Shown: positions 30,376 through 41,597 of the stretch, one piece after another
Numbering within the stretch: the stretch's first letter is position 1
Layout of the letters: every line of letters starts with the position of its first letter
Origin: an uncultured bacterium
Lineage (GTDB): Bacteria > Babelota > Babeliae > Babelales > Babelaceae
Assembly: GCA_963824495.1 (NCBI GenBank)
Contig: CAWGPQ010000008.1
Span: 1-64,000 of the forward strand
Direction: 5' to 3'
DNA length: 64,000 nucleotides
Made by a program: the position numbers and the translations under genes
The notes under the pieces: generated by a model
Databases searched by the model: none
Told to the model about the DNA's origin: nothing
Seen by the model: the letters and a program-made list of their open reading frames with translations, nothing else

Positions 30376-30615
30376 ATGAGACACGTAATGAAAAAATTCT
30401 TCCTGCCTCTCGTTATGATATTCGGCATGAGCAATGCAATATCTTTACAAGCAGTAGATATATCTGTCAATAGCGCTAAGGACATAGCTGGCGCTGCTGC
30501 ACTCATTTATGGCGGTGTACAGCTCTTCAAAGGCTTTGTTCAGGCTCGTGACGATAATCACATTATTAAAGGTTTTGTTGCGGTAAATCTTGGCTACAAT
30601 CTCATTAAGCGCTAA
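30376..30615 (+). CDS. Small secreted/membrane hypothetical protein
   Basis: RBS GAAGGAG, signal peptide, followed by a terminator. Confidence 0.7.
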   Translation: MRHVMKKFFLPLVMIFGMSNAISLQAVDISVNSAKDIAGAAALIYGGVQLFKGFVQARDDNHIIKGFVAVNLGYNLIKR

Positions 30616-30636
30616 GCATTTGACTCTACAAATTAT

Positions 30637-30661
30637 TATCCCCGGCTTTTTGCCGGGGATA
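30637..30661. terminator. Intrinsic terminator between convergent genes
   Basis: TATCCCCGGC-TTTTT-GCCGGGGATA. Confidence 0.8.
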
Positions 30662-30671
30662 CTGTCTTTTT

Positions 30672-31616
30672 TTAAGAGAGCAGCTTCTTAAAACTAGAAG
30701 CCTGCTTGATTCTCTCAACCGCTGTCTTGCCCTCATCATCTTTGATGGTCTTATCAGCTCCATAATCAAGCAAAGTTTTTGCGATAGGGTAGTTTCCTAA
30801 CTTACTTGCCCAATGTAACGCCGTCATACCTTGGAGATCTTGTATATTGTACATGGTGCTATGCCCTGAAAATGCAAGAAGAAGCTCGACAAGTTGCTGA
30901 TTACCAAGCTTGACAGCCCAATGAAGCGGCGTGAAACCATTCTTTATATCACGCACTGAATAATCAGCTTCGTAGCGCAACAGGATATCAGCTACAGCAC
31001 TATAACCTCCGTATACAGCCCAATGGAGCGGTGTAAAACCAGAGGGATCTTGAATGTTAGGTGATGCTGACCGTTGCAACAATTGTTCGACAAGTAGGTG
31101 ATTGCCTTGCCATGCGGCAAACATAAGGGGAATAATATCACTACCAGTAGTAAAGGGAACATCAAAATTGCTGTCACTTTGTTCAAGTAGAGCTTTAATT
31201 TTTGGCGTTAGACCCTTATCGAGATCTTTCTTAATCTTATTAAGGGCTTCTCGATCAGGTTCTTGTTGTTGCGATAGCTGTATGAATTTACTCCAGAGGT
31301 CCTGCTCTTCATTGGCAGACAAGACGTACTTGTGTTCAGACTTGTATTCAGGATCTTGGCCAAATTTATCAAAAAACTTTTCCTTAAGAGCTTTAAGAGC
31401 TTCGGGGTTAATAATGCCATCATCATGAATCAGCTTATAAAGATCCATAATGCCTACACGTGCTTGTTCATCATCGGGTGCTGCCATTTTTAACTTATAT
31501 GCATATGCCAGAACTAACATCCTGGTATCTGGCATACCCTCAATTCCTCGTACTTCACTTTTACTCAAAAGAAAAATACTCAGCGCTAGCACCGTCATAA
31601 ACCTTGTGTACATCAT
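30672..31616 (-). CDS. Secreted ankyrin repeat protein
   Basis: GFTPLHWAV x2, GMTALHWAS; signal peptide. Confidence 0.9.
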   Translation of the reverse strand: MMYTRFMTVLALSIFLLSKSEVRGIEGMPDTRMLVLAYAYKLKMAAPDDEQARVGIMDLYKLIHDDGIINPEALKALKEKFFDKFGQDPEYKSEHKYVLSANEEQDLWSKFIQLSQQQEPDREALNKIKKDLDKGLTPKIKALLEQSDSNFDVPFTTGSDIIPLMFAAWQGNHLLVEQLLQRSASPNIQDPSGFTPLHWAVYGGYSAVADILLRYEADYSVRDIKNGFTPLHWAVKLGNQQLVELLLAFSGHSTMYNIQDLQGMTALHWASKLGNYPIAKTLLDYGADKTIKDDEGKTAVERIKQASSFKKLLS

Positions 31617-31829
31617 AAAAACCTCATGTCTTACTATTTTAATATGCGCATATCAATCAATACTTAGTATATTGAAAATAAAATATTTCACAACTGGGTT
31701 TAGCAAATAAGGCTTCTTTGATAGGCATTTTTCTTGATCCAGTAGCATGTTGTTGCAATTTGTAATTAATATAATGTACCCTATAAACAATAACAACCAA
31801 ATGCTGAAAAATACTTAAAAGGAGGGTGC

Positions 31830-31982
31830 ATGAAAAAGAGACTATTAGTGACGTTAAGTTTATGTATTATTTTAGACTGGTATATTAAGAATAATGTTAT
31901 TCCCTACAAAACTGCGCAGCCTCAACAGCCTACGCCTGTTCCGTTAGTTGTGCATCATAAAAGCGGAACCAAAAAATCGTAA
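31830..31982 (+). CDS. Small ORF or remnant of a secreted protein (50 aa)
   Basis: Strong RBS AAGGAGG; MKKRLLVTLSLCIILDWYIK...; overlaps the maf 3' end. Confidence 0.4.
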   Translation: MKKRLLVTLSLCIILDWYIKNNVIPYKTAQPQQPTPVPLVVHHKSGTKKS

Positions 31983-32573
31983 GTCTACTAAGGCCTGTCG
32001 TAATTCATATAAAGGCAGGCCCATAATTGTTGAATATGAACCATGAACTTCTTTCAAAAATACTAAGCCAAAACCTTCGATAGCTAAAGCTCCTGCTGCC
32101 TGCAATGCCAACGGTTGGCGTTCAAAATAAACAGAAATACATTCGTCAGGCACATCAAAGATACAGGTAGCAGAAACTGCTTGCCTATGTCGTTGCTCAG
32201 TAGACCAGACACCGTTACGAAAAATCTTTTTATCTAAACAAAACGCTGTGCAGGTTGTTGCTCCACCGCGTAAAGCACCTACTTTGGCGTAGGCATCGGC
32301 ACGATCGACAGGCTTACCATGAATAACGCCCTGCCTATCCTGTGTCATGGTATCAGCTGTAAGAATAAACATACTATCCTCCTCGTCGCCCTGAGGCAGA
32401 ACGACCCGCTCCATCTTATGCAAAGCGATAGCAGATACAGTATCTTGAAGTGATGTACCCCATTCACCTATATCCTCGCTACTCTCTTGAGCAATACTTT
32501 CAAAAGGAATACATGCCTCTGTAAGAAGATAGCGTCGTGAAGGTGATTTTGAAGCAAGATAAAGAATATTCAT
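31944..32573 (-). CDS. maf: Maf family nucleotide pyrophosphatase
   Basis: LYLASKSPSR, LTADT, GKP, IMGLP. Confidence 0.92.
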   Translation of the reverse strand: MNILYLASKSPSRRYLLTEACIPFESIAQESSEDIGEWGTSLQDTVSAIALHKMERVVLPQGDEEDSMFILTADTMTQDRQGVIHGKPVDRADAYAKVGALRGGATTCTAFCLDKKIFRNGVWSTEQRHRQAVSATCIFDVPDECISVYFERQPLALQAAGALAIEGFGLVFLKEVHGSYSTIMGLPLYELRQALVDLRFFGSAFMMHN

Positions 32574-32594
32574 GATCTGGTTTAGGCTCTAGTA

Positions 32595-32999
32595 TTAGTC
32601 AATAAGATTTTTCTGCTTAAGGTCATCAAGAATCAGGCGAGCTGCCGGCGCAACGAATGGGCGTTGATCATATGCAATAAAATCATAGTGCTCTATTTCA
32701 GCATGAGGTTTAAGTATGCCTCTATATAAAGCTGTATAACACTCTTTGCGCACAAGAACACCTTCGGATCTACCATGTGCCTGGGCTTCAAATACACCGT
32801 AGAGTTTAATAGTAGCAGGCTCAAGATTAACGGTAAGTTCTTCATGAATCTCACGTATTAATGCTTGAGTGCTTGATTCACCAGGCTCAAATTTGCCACC
32901 CGGTACATACCAACGATCACGCCCGTGTGTTTTTACTACAAGCAGTTTTCTGTTTTTAATTAAGATCCAACCCACGGTCTTGATAATTTCTTGGGCCAT
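32595..32999 (-). CDS. NUDIX hydrolase
   Basis: PGGKFEPGESSTQALIREIHEEL Nudix box. Confidence 0.93.
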   Translation of the reverse strand: MAQEIIKTVGWILIKNRKLLVVKTHGRDRWYVPGGKFEPGESSTQALIREIHEELTVNLEPATIKLYGVFEAQAHGRSEGVLVRKECYTALYRGILKPHAEIEHYDFIAYDQRPFVAPAARLILDDLKQKNLID

Positions 33000-33039
33000 C
33001 TCTTCAAGTCCAAAGTAGATATTTAAGTGCTGTGAAAGA

Positions 33040-33114
33040 TGGCTGGGGCGGAAGGATTCGAACCTCCGATACCCAGGACCAAAACCTGGTGCCTTACCGC
33101 TTGGCCACGCCCCA
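33040..33114 (-). tRNA. tRNA-Gln(TTG)
   Basis: Reverse complement TGGGGCGTGGCCAAGCGGTAAGGCACCAGGTTTTGGTCCTGG...CGCCCCAGCCA. Confidence 0.96.
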
Positions 33115-33141
33115 ACCCAAATTTTTATCGACTACTCTCTT

Positions 33142-33408
33142 TTACTCTATGGTTTGCATGACCTGACTGAACTCTTGAATTACAAAATCTTCTATCATTT
33201 TACGTGTTTCAGAGTTCAAAGGGTGGACTATGTCCCTGAAGGTTCCATCTTTTCGGCGACGAGATGGCATTGACACAAACAGTCCCTTGTGTCCTTCAAT
33301 GACCTTTAGGTCCCGTACGATAAAGCTGTTTTCAAAGACGATCGTCGCATATGCTTTAAGTCTACCACTTTCCTTAGAAAGGTAAACCTTTACTTCAGTT
33401 ATTCTCAC
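33142..33408 (-). CDS. spoVG: SpoVG nucleic-acid-binding protein
   Basis: ITEVKV, LKAYATIVF, GLFVSMPSR, FRDIVHPLNSETR. Confidence 0.95.
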   Translation of the reverse strand: MRITEVKVYLSKESGRLKAYATIVFENSFIVRDLKVIEGHKGLFVSMPSRRRKDGTFRDIVHPLNSETRKMIEDFVIQEFSQVMQTIE

Positions 33409-33506
33409 CGTCTGTAGCCTTTAAGATAACATGACTAGTACACGATTAACTTACATTACTCCCATAACAAAATGAGCCCATAGGCTCTCTTCTTAGTATT
33501 CATGCT

Positions 33507-34454
33507 TTATTCATTATAGTCTACCTTCCTGGTATATTTTGTCAATTCATTTATGCTCACATTCATTTTTTCAAGGGCGCGGAGCTTAGCTGAGCGTGCC
33601 GAGGGGTTTTGCCGGAGTTCATCTTCACAAGCCGTTACAACATGGGGCGTGAGTAAGAGCGCCTTGTCTTTGTTTTCGTTAAAAAAGCGCTTAACCATGC
33701 GGTCTTCAAGCGAATGAAAGCTAATACATATCAAGCGGCCTGTTGGATTAAGAAGCTCGAATGCATGCGGCAAAAAGCTCTTGATGGCATCTAATTCTTT
33801 ATTTACCACAATACGTAACGCTTGAAATACCCGTGTTGCCGGATGAATACGCCGTGGATATACCCGAATGCTGCGCTCTATAAGAGCAACAAGATCACGT
33901 GTTGTCCGTAGAGGTTTTACCAATCGTGCTTCACAAATTGCTCGTGCAATAGTACGTGAAAAACGTTCTTCGCCATACTCCTGAAATATACGTACAAGCT
34001 CACGCTCAGGTGCTTTATTAACGATGTCACGAGCTGTTATTTTATGGTGGCCTGGTGACATACGCATATCTAAAGGGGTATCAAGAGCAAACGATAATCC
34101 TGGTCGATGTAAAATTTGAAATTGAGATGTTCCAAAATCAGCAAGTACACCATCGACATGAGCGACACCCGCTTTCTTTAAAAGCCGTGCTATATGAGCA
34201 AAATTACCCCATATAAACGTCACACGCCCGGGATATTGCTGCTCAAAGCTTGGAGCATTAAGCTCGAGAGCACGCTCATCCCAATCGATAGCGATAACTT
34301 TACAGGTAGGCTCAGTATCCAGAAGTGCCTTGGTATGGCCACCACCGCCAAATGTAGCATCAACGTAAACACCATGTGGCTTTGGAGCCATGTACCTAAT
34401 GACTTCAGATACTAATACGCTTGTATGATATGATTTTACATCTACGCTGTTCAT
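33507..34454 (-). CDS. rsmH: 16S rRNA m4C1402 methyltransferase
   Basis: HTSVL, VDATFGGGGH, PLDMRM, ISFHSLEDR, RSAKLR; ATG 34454. Confidence 0.96.
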   Translation of the reverse strand: MNSVDVKSYHTSVLVSEVIRYMAPKPHGVYVDATFGGGGHTKALLDTEPTCKVIAIDWDERALELNAPSFEQQYPGRVTFIWGNFAHIARLLKKAGVAHVDGVLADFGTSQFQILHRPGLSFALDTPLDMRMSPGHHKITARDIVNKAPERELVRIFQEYGEERFSRTIARAICEARLVKPLRTTRDLVALIERSIRVYPRRIHPATRVFQALRIVVNKELDAIKSFLPHAFELLNPTGRLICISFHSLEDRMVKRFFNENKDKALLLTPHVVTACEDELRQNPSARSAKLRALEKMNVSINELTKYTRKVDYNE

Positions 34455-34521
34455 CTCAACCTCTAGCTCAGTTGAAGGGAGGGAGTGACCCACCATCCCT
34501 TTCAAGCCGTACCGACAGGTA

Positions 34522-35916
34522 TTATTCACGCACCGTAACGCTATCGACAAGTTTATCGAGTCCTACATTACGCGAGCCTTTAACAAGAACAACCGATTCA
34601 CGATCAAGTCGCTTCTCTAAACATTCAATAGCTTCTTTCCATGTTGGAACAAGCTCGACAGTCATACTTACAGGAGCAGTCTTCTTGGTCCATTTTACGT
34701 AATCTCCAACCAATAGTATATGCTGAAGTGAAGGAACTTTGCGCAACAGCCTACCTAACTGGCGGTGCCAAAAAGGGCTGGTTACACCCAGCTCAAGCAT
34801 ATCACCTAATACTGCAATTTTTTGCCCTTTTGATTCAAGCTTTTCAAAAGCAAGCAAAGCTGTTTTCATACTTTCAGGATTTGCATTAGCACAATCGTCA
34901 ATAAGCAATCCTTTTGATTGCTTAATTGTTCGTCGCTCAAATCGTCCAGGAACAACCAATGACGCCTGTATGCCCTTAATGATTATATCATGTGGTATAT
35001 TTAAAACATGAGCTAAAGAAGCAGCAGCGAGAGCATTCATGACACGGCCGGTATGGCTTGTCGGCAATACAATGCGATAGCGCTCTCTATATAATTTAAG
35101 TATAAATTGCGTTTGGGATCCATTCGATTGAATCTTACGTGCTTGTATTTGATTGACGGTTTTACAGCCAAACTTAATAATAGGATGCCTATAGGATATC
35201 GTCGACAAAATAGGCTGATCACCATTAATAATACCGATACTTTCTTCAGTAAAAAATTTGAAGATATCTCGTTTCTCTGCAGCAATATCTACAAGTGAGC
35301 CCAAGCCCTCCATATGGCTATGACCAATGGCGGTAATAAGCGCAGTCGTGGGACGCAGCATTGCTGCCAATTGTGCCATTTCTCCACGTTTGCTAATACC
35401 CATTTCAAAAATTGCTACCTCGTGATCGGAGCGCATCTTTAAAATATTGAGTGCAGCTCCAATCATTGTATTTTGCGTCCCAGCTGAAGCGATAAATTTT
35501 TTACCCTGAAGTTGCATAATATGAGCAAGCAATTCTTTCGTTGACGTTTTGCCCAATGAGCCGGTAATGCCAATAACTGGATAGGTAAATTGAGTACGCC
35601 ATGCTGTCGCAAGCTTGATAAGTGCATCATAAGGGTTGGGCACGCAAGCAATAAACAAGCCCTTACGTACTGGCAGATCCAGACTGGTTAAACACTCTTG
35701 TTTATCCTGAGCAATAATAAGCCCCGCTGCTCCATTTGCCACTGCATCAGCAACAAATGCATGCCCATCTTGATGCTCACCTTTAAGAGCAACAAATACT
35801 TCTCCTTTCTTAAGAGTTCGAGAATCGACTGAGCATATAAAAGACTCAGGGATTCCTGCACCAAGCAATAAAACGTCAGGTAGTACCTTTTTAAAAAATT
35901 GCTGATCAAAACTCAT
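34522..35916 (-). CDS. murF: UDP-MurNAc-tripeptide--D-Ala-D-Ala ligase
   Basis: DSR, GITGSLGKTSTKE, FEMG, NANPESM, LGDMLELG, LVKGSR. Confidence 0.95.
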   Translation of the reverse strand: MSFDQQFFKKVLPDVLLLGAGIPESFICSVDSRTLKKGEVFVALKGEHQDGHAFVADAVANGAAGLIIAQDKQECLTSLDLPVRKGLFIACVPNPYDALIKLATAWRTQFTYPVIGITGSLGKTSTKELLAHIMQLQGKKFIASAGTQNTMIGAALNILKMRSDHEVAIFEMGISKRGEMAQLAAMLRPTTALITAIGHSHMEGLGSLVDIAAEKRDIFKFFTEESIGIINGDQPILSTISYRHPIIKFGCKTVNQIQARKIQSNGSQTQFILKLYRERYRIVLPTSHTGRVMNALAAASLAHVLNIPHDIIIKGIQASLVVPGRFERRTIKQSKGLLIDDCANANPESMKTALLAFEKLESKGQKIAVLGDMLELGVTSPFWHRQLGRLLRKVPSLQHILLVGDYVKWTKKTAPVSMTVELVPTWKEAIECLEKRLDRESVVLVKGSRNVGLDKLVDSVTVRE

Positions 35917-36061
35917 TGATCTTCTCCATGCCTAAAAGCACCTCTGTTAAACCATTTTCAATATGAGGAAAAAAATGGCTTTATTTTTTACATTTGTCAA
36001 CAAAAATATACAAAAAAGGTCGTAAAACTCAAGATCAAGCCCACGCTCAATTCTGAGACCT

Positions 36062-36231
36062 TCGTTCATAGAGTAGTATACTCATAATGAAGCATAATAA
36101 TAATACTATTTTTCTGTTTTTTTTCAGATTTCTCTTGCATTGAGCAGTATGTATATACTATAATCGTAATTGAACTATATTATTTTATTAATCTTATTAA
36201 AAATAATACTATAAAAAAACTGGAGATACTT
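36062..36231 (+). repeat. Upstream region duplicated at ~38598-38762
   Basis: GTTCATAGAGTAGTATACTCAT...TAATAATACTATTTTT...TTTCTCTTGCATTGAG...TATACTATAATC...TGGAGA occurs before both hydrolase genes. Confidence 0.85.
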
Positions 36232-38487
36232 GTGAAGATAAAAATATATGTCTGTATAGCTCGAGCTTTAACTAGTGCTCTTGTGTTACACTTTTATATA
36301 ATCCAAGCACAAGAAAAGCCAGAAGCACACTTTCTATTTGTTCCTAATATACCAGGTCACCCAAGCATTGCTGATTCTTATGCAGGCAAGACTGACCCGA
36401 ACTGGTCCATTATTACAACACAGCCCTATAAAGTTGTCCAATTCCCTCATGATCATAATGAAAGGCTTGACACGCTAGCTTTCGAGAATGCCTATGCTCA
36501 GGTTAGAAATGCTCTTAATCCAGCAAAAAGCTCTCACGACGGCGTGGTTATTATAGGCCTATCCCATGGCGCGGGGCTAGCCTTACGGGATGCTTCGACA
36601 CGACCAACGCCACTCTATCGTTTAAAAGCTATTATAGCCGAATCTCCTATGGGCATTACTCCGGAAGCTTTAGGAAAAGCCACTCTTAATACCCCTATAC
36701 TTATCGTCCACTCAAGCAATGATAACGTAGTTCCTATCGATAGCTCTCGATTGCTCTACGCTGGGCTTATTGCATCAGGACACCGTAATGCTTATCTGCT
36801 TGAGCTTGAAGAGGGTGAACATGGGGCATACAATAGGCCTGAGCACAGCAGTGCTCGCAAGTATCTTACGACAGTGCATGCTTTTTATCGAAAAAATACT
36901 ATTCCGTATGATAAAACCTTAGCAGATGAAGGCGAACAATACCTTCAAGAATCTCAACCAACACCTGAAAGCATTGTCAAACTTGTTGATCAAAGTTCGC
37001 TTACAACGCTGATAAGCCTTATAACGGCTATTGGATTACCCATGATTAATTTTCTTATTAACTCGATTAAGCAACTACTATCGCCACAACAACCAGCAGC
37101 ATTTGAGATCGTCAGGGTAGAAAAGGTAATACAACAAGCAGCCAAACAAGAGGTACCAAAGTTACCAAAAAACATCGCACCTGAAGCAGCACAACCTCCT
37201 ACTGGCAATGTCCCAACACTATGGCAATCAGTACAAAAGCAACTTGATGACTATGCGAAAACCACACGTGATAGAAGCTCAACTCTTTTAGATGTTTTAA
37301 GCTCTCAGTTGCCATCGTTTAGTACAGATAGACCCTCCGAGCTTGGAACTATAGTAATAGGCGTTCACCGCACAAAGCTCAATGTACCTCAACTTGGTAT
37401 AGTAACGCAAGAAGCATTGCCTGGTTTTGATATACTCGTTGCTCTAGCAAAGCTCAATGCTGATATTCAAGATACCACAAACTATAGTATTGAAGAACTT
37501 AATAAAGCTATTAAACATTTTCAAGAATCTCCCCAGCTCCCTCGACTTAAACTCGTGCATATATTTGAAAAAGAGCTTGAAGAAACGATCCAGCACTATA
37601 GAGATGAAGCAACCAAGATTGAGCAAACACTCCAAAATCCATCCACTAGAAATCTCCAAGTTTCAAATAAGGCACTGTATGATCAGCTTATAAGTTCAAT
37701 AAACACCATCAAAAACGCCTTAACGCAACTTGTTAGTCTTGGAGAAGAAATAGCCGGTACACTTAAGCTCTATGAACTTAGCGTCAACGCTCAAGCAACT
37801 ATTGCTGGACTGTTACGAAATCAAAAGCTCGTGCGTATACAAGAAGGGTATAACGTTAACCTTGGAGCTGCTTTCGAACATGTCAACCAAATCCTCAAGG
37901 ATGTGCTAGAAGGAAAGCGCCTGAGAATTGCTCTGACGCTTATTCCAACTTACCTAGGAAGGCTTCAAATGACTGCTATGAAATCAATAACCACTATAGC
38001 TGATCGTAATTTTGCGCTTCATATAATTGATATCCTTGTGAAATTTTATAGGACAAATTTACAAAAATTAATAGATGAACAACAAAGAGCATCAATAGAA
38101 GCTGATCATGAGATAGCCCAGACTGTTCAATTGCTCGATACATTACACACTAGGTTACAAAAAAACATAAAAGAAGGCCTTACGGAGATTGCTTTGCAGA
38201 CACTTAACAAAAACATAGAAGTTTTTAAACAATCTCTAACTGACCAACTTAGTCAAGTCTTTGGATCGAAAAATCCCGAGTGGCTACTCAAGAATATTCA
38301 ATTAACTGCTCAAAAAACATTTAATGACTATGAAAATGAGGCAAAAAAGATTGAAAATGAAATAGCACCTTTAGCACTTTCTAATAAATTGTTCTATGAC
38401 ACACAAATGCAAAATTTACAAAAAACATTAAAGGATCTTAATCAGTTAAAAAGCTTATCTCAAAGGCAATTCACATCGCTGAGTTAA
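36232..38487 (+). CDS. Secreted alpha/beta-hydrolase + coiled-coil protein, paralog 1
   Basis: Signal peptide; GLSHG, HSSNDNVVP, EHG; helical C-terminus. Confidence 0.85.
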   Translation: MKIKIYVCIARALTSALVLHFYIIQAQEKPEAHFLFVPNIPGHPSIADSYAGKTDPNWSIITTQPYKVVQFPHDHNERLDTLAFENAYAQVRNALNPAKSSHDGVVIIGLSHGAGLALRDASTRPTPLYRLKAIIAESPMGITPEALGKATLNTPILIVHSSNDNVVPIDSSRLLYAGLIASGHRNAYLLELEEGEHGAYNRPEHSSARKYLTTVHAFYRKNTIPYDKTLADEGEQYLQESQPTPESIVKLVDQSSLTTLISLITAIGLPMINFLINSIKQLLSPQQPAAFEIVRVEKVIQQAAKQEVPKLPKNIAPEAAQPPTGNVPTLWQSVQKQLDDYAKTTRDRSSTLLDVLSSQLPSFSTDRPSELGTIVIGVHRTKLNVPQLGIVTQEALPGFDILVALAKLNADIQDTTNYSIEELNKAIKHFQESPQLPRLKLVHIFEKELEETIQHYRDEATKIEQTLQNPSTRNLQVSNKALYDQLISSINTIKNALTQLVSLGEEIAGTLKLYELSVNAQATIAGLLRNQKLVRIQEGYNVNLGAAFEHVNQILKDVLEGKRLRIALTLIPTYLGRLQMTAMKSITTIADRNFALHIIDILVKFYRTNLQKLIDEQQRASIEADHEIAQTVQLLDTLHTRLQKNIKEGLTEIALQTLNKNIEVFKQSLTDQLSQVFGSKNPEWLLKNIQLTAQKTFNDYENEAKKIENEIAPLALSNKLFYDTQMQNLQKTLKDLNQLKSLSQRQFTSLS

Positions 38488-38762
38488 GGATTTACGGATT
38501 AGGCTAGGTATAAAGCCACTTAAAAAATTGCTGAGAAGTACACACATTTGGCTTTGACCAACTTGCCTGACAAGCCTGCACTCAATTTTAAGGCCTTTGT
38601 TCATAGAGTAGTATACTCATTAACAAAAAATATAATAATAATACTATTTTTTGTTTTTCAAATTTCTCTTGCATTGAGTAGCACGTATATACTATAATCA
38701 TAATAGTGTTATTATTCATTAAATTTGTAAAAATAAATACTATAAAAAATTGGAGACACCCG

Positions 38763-41597
38763 TTGAGAATCAAAATACATGTCTCTATAACTCGAGCTTT
38801 AGCTAGTGCTCTTGTATTACCCTTTTATATAATTCAAGCACAAGGGAAGCCAGAGGCACACTTTCTATTTGTTCCCGATATACCAGGTGACCCAAGCATT
38901 GCTGATTCGTATGCAGGCAAGATTGACCCGAACTGGTCCATTATTACAACACAACCCTATAAGGTCGTTCGATTTCCTCAAGATCATACAAACACGCTTG
39001 ATACGCTGGCTTTAGAGAGTGCCTATGCTCAGGTCAGAAACGCTCTTAATCAAGCAAAAAACTCTAACGATGGTGTTGTAATTATAGGCCTATCCCATGG
39101 TGCCGGGCTAGCCTTACGCGATGCCTCAACACGACCAACCCCACTCTATCGTTTAAAAGCTATTATAGCCGAATCTCCTATGGGCATTATAGCTGAAACA
39201 CTAGGCAAAGCTACTCTTAACACCCCTATACTTATTGTCCACTCAAGGAATGATAACGTAGTTCCTATCAATAGCTCTCGATTACTTTATGCTGGTCTTG
39301 TTGGAGCCGGGCATAAAAAAGTTTATTTACTTGAGCTTGCAGATGCCAAGCATGGGGCATATAATCAACTTAAGCACAGTGAATCTGCCACTAAATATTT
39401 AGCAACTGTTCATGCTTTGTATAGGCAAAACAATATTCCTTATGATGAGAAGTTGGCAAATCGGGGGCAACGCTATCTTAAAGAACTCCAGCCACCTGCT
39501 GAAAGGATAGCAAAGCTTATATATGACACGAGTCCAAGCCTCTGGAATACTCTAGCAAACTTTATAGCAACCGGAAACCCAAGCGCACGAGAACTATTGG
39601 CTTCTACTTTAAGCATTATAGGATTTGAAGCCATTAGGCACGCATTTGCTGAATTTTTCCGTCCAGCTCCTCCGGCTGTGCCAGAAGCGCCGGTAGCTCC
39701 TGCAGCACCCGCTCAACCACCTGCACCACAGCCTCCAGCCGAGCAACCCCAAGCTCTTCCAGCTGCAGAGTTGACGTCGGGAAATTGGTTAAAGCAACTA
39801 CCCTTTTTTGGCGAAGGTTCCTTGCCTCATGCAGTAGCACTACCTGGCCGACCTTCAACTATTAGTGTGCAACCTCCAGTACCTTCTGCACGAGAAACGT
39901 TAGCTTCTGCATTAAAAGCCTTGCCAACTATGGGACTTGCAGCTTCAACGCTTATTGATAAAACTCTAGTTGATGCAACAGCAGCATTAAATTCCCGTAC
40001 AGAACCTCGACAAAGCATTAAGAAAAAACTCGAAGAGCTCGTACAATTAATTAATACAACTTCTAAGGGACTAGAAAATGCAATACAGCAGGCAACAAGC
40101 CCGCTCACGCCACAAGAACACCTGGATCCCGTAATACAGTCAACGCTAAATCAAGCAGCTGCTAATGTGCAAAGGCTCTATTGGGTTGCCCAAGCACTAC
40201 AAGTCGTGCTTGATACTGAAAATGCTCTGGGTCAAGTACTAGAAGGTAGAGAACGGGGGGCATTCCTTAATAAATCTATAGCAATACTACGGCAATTTTA
40301 TACTAACCTTACTGCATCATGGACATCAGATAAAAATACTCTTTTAGCGATAGTGTTAGTACTTGATGCTGAAGTAAATCGGTATCTCAAAGCGTTAAAC
40401 AATCCTCAAATTATTGCAACCTTGAACAGGCGGGGATTAACTCGCCCGTTACAATCTCTCTTGAATGAGGATCTCAAACTATTGCAGGATGAATTTAAAA
40501 TCTTAGAGTTACAGCAAGAAAAGCCTGGCCATAGTAGTTCAATAAGATTAGTAGAGATTGATGGTGAAATTAAAGACCATGTTGAAAAGGCTTCACACGC
40601 ATTTAAAGAAATAGTACAACAATCCAAGCAAGCAACACAAGTACCAAGTCTACTTGAAAAACAAGAAGAAATAACAGCAGAGCTTAACCAGCTTATCGTA
40701 CAGCTTGAAGCAATCCGCAATCAATACCAAGATGAAGTAGAAAAAATCGAAAAACAAATAAAACGGCTAGAACGTTCATACCCAGAAGGCTATCAAACTA
40801 TTAGCTCTCAGATCAAAACCGCAAGGCAGGACTTACGTGACCTCATACATCTTGAAGAAACAATTAAACTTGGACTACTGCTAATAGGCATAAATAATGG
40901 GATAAGCAAAGCATATACTGCTATTGCTAAAGCAACACAAGAAGCCCAAAAATCTTTGAGCTCACGTATCGATGCTCTCAATGCCCTCAATCACGCTATA
41001 AAGTCATACGAGACGCAAATAAAAAATGCTCGTGAACAGGCAGAAATATTACGTTCTTCTTATGAAGAAGGCTATGAAACTATTAGCAGCTACCTAAACG
41101 ACGCCGAACTTAAGTTATCAAATCTTCGTGAACTACAAAACTCATTAATTACTCCTGAAGCCCCTCCAGAACCACAATTAACAAGTGCCCAAGAAGAAGC
41201 TGCTTTTTATCATAAGCTTCAACAAGAATATAATTTTGATCTACAAGCACTTCTCGATAAAGCGCAAAAAACGATTAACGATTTTTTAACAGAAACTCTA
41301 TCTGAAACAAAAGTCCTGGATATGCGTACCCTTTTGAGGGGCATTAACTATCTCTATGAAGCAGGAAACATAACTGTTACATCAGTAAAAAATAGAGCTG
41401 ATCGTATAACTGCACTTGGAGCAATCATGAATTTCGCAGATAATAACCAGGACAGCTTAACTGAATTAAGAGAAAAATACTTCAAAAACGCAACTATCAA
41501 TGAATTAATAAGGAAACAACGAATCCATAAGCTTAATCAATCAATTGAGGTACTTGAGGCGCTAAAAGAAGCTCTAGCTAGGAGTATGGCAGAATGA
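38763..41597 (+). CDS. Secreted alpha/beta-hydrolase + Pro-rich linker + coiled-coil protein, paralog 2
   Basis: TTG 38763 after GGAG; GLSHG, DNVVP, KHG; PAPPAVPEAP linker. Confidence 0.85.
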   Translation: MRIKIHVSITRALASALVLPFYIIQAQGKPEAHFLFVPDIPGDPSIADSYAGKIDPNWSIITTQPYKVVRFPQDHTNTLDTLALESAYAQVRNALNQAKNSNDGVVIIGLSHGAGLALRDASTRPTPLYRLKAIIAESPMGIIAETLGKATLNTPILIVHSRNDNVVPINSSRLLYAGLVGAGHKKVYLLELADAKHGAYNQLKHSESATKYLATVHALYRQNNIPYDEKLANRGQRYLKELQPPAERIAKLIYDTSPSLWNTLANFIATGNPSARELLASTLSIIGFEAIRHAFAEFFRPAPPAVPEAPVAPAAPAQPPAPQPPAEQPQALPAAELTSGNWLKQLPFFGEGSLPHAVALPGRPSTISVQPPVPSARETLASALKALPTMGLAASTLIDKTLVDATAALNSRTEPRQSIKKKLEELVQLINTTSKGLENAIQQATSPLTPQEHLDPVIQSTLNQAAANVQRLYWVAQALQVVLDTENALGQVLEGRERGAFLNKSIAILRQFYTNLTASWTSDKNTLLAIVLVLDAEVNRYLKALNNPQIIATLNRRGLTRPLQSLLNEDLKLLQDEFKILELQQEKPGHSSSIRLVEIDGEIKDHVEKASHAFKEIVQQSKQATQVPSLLEKQEEITAELNQLIVQLEAIRNQYQDEVEKIEKQIKRLERSYPEGYQTISSQIKTARQDLRDLIHLEETIKLGLLLIGINNGISKAYTAIAKATQEAQKSLSSRIDALNALNHAIKSYETQIKNAREQAEILRSSYEEGYETISSYLNDAELKLSNLRELQNSLITPEAPPEPQLTSAQEEAAFYHKLQQEYNFDLQALLDKAQKTINDFLTETLSETKVLDMRTLLRGINYLYEAGNITVTSVKNRADRITALGAIMNFADNNQDSLTELREKYFKNATINELIRKQRIHKLNQSIEVLEALKEALARSMAE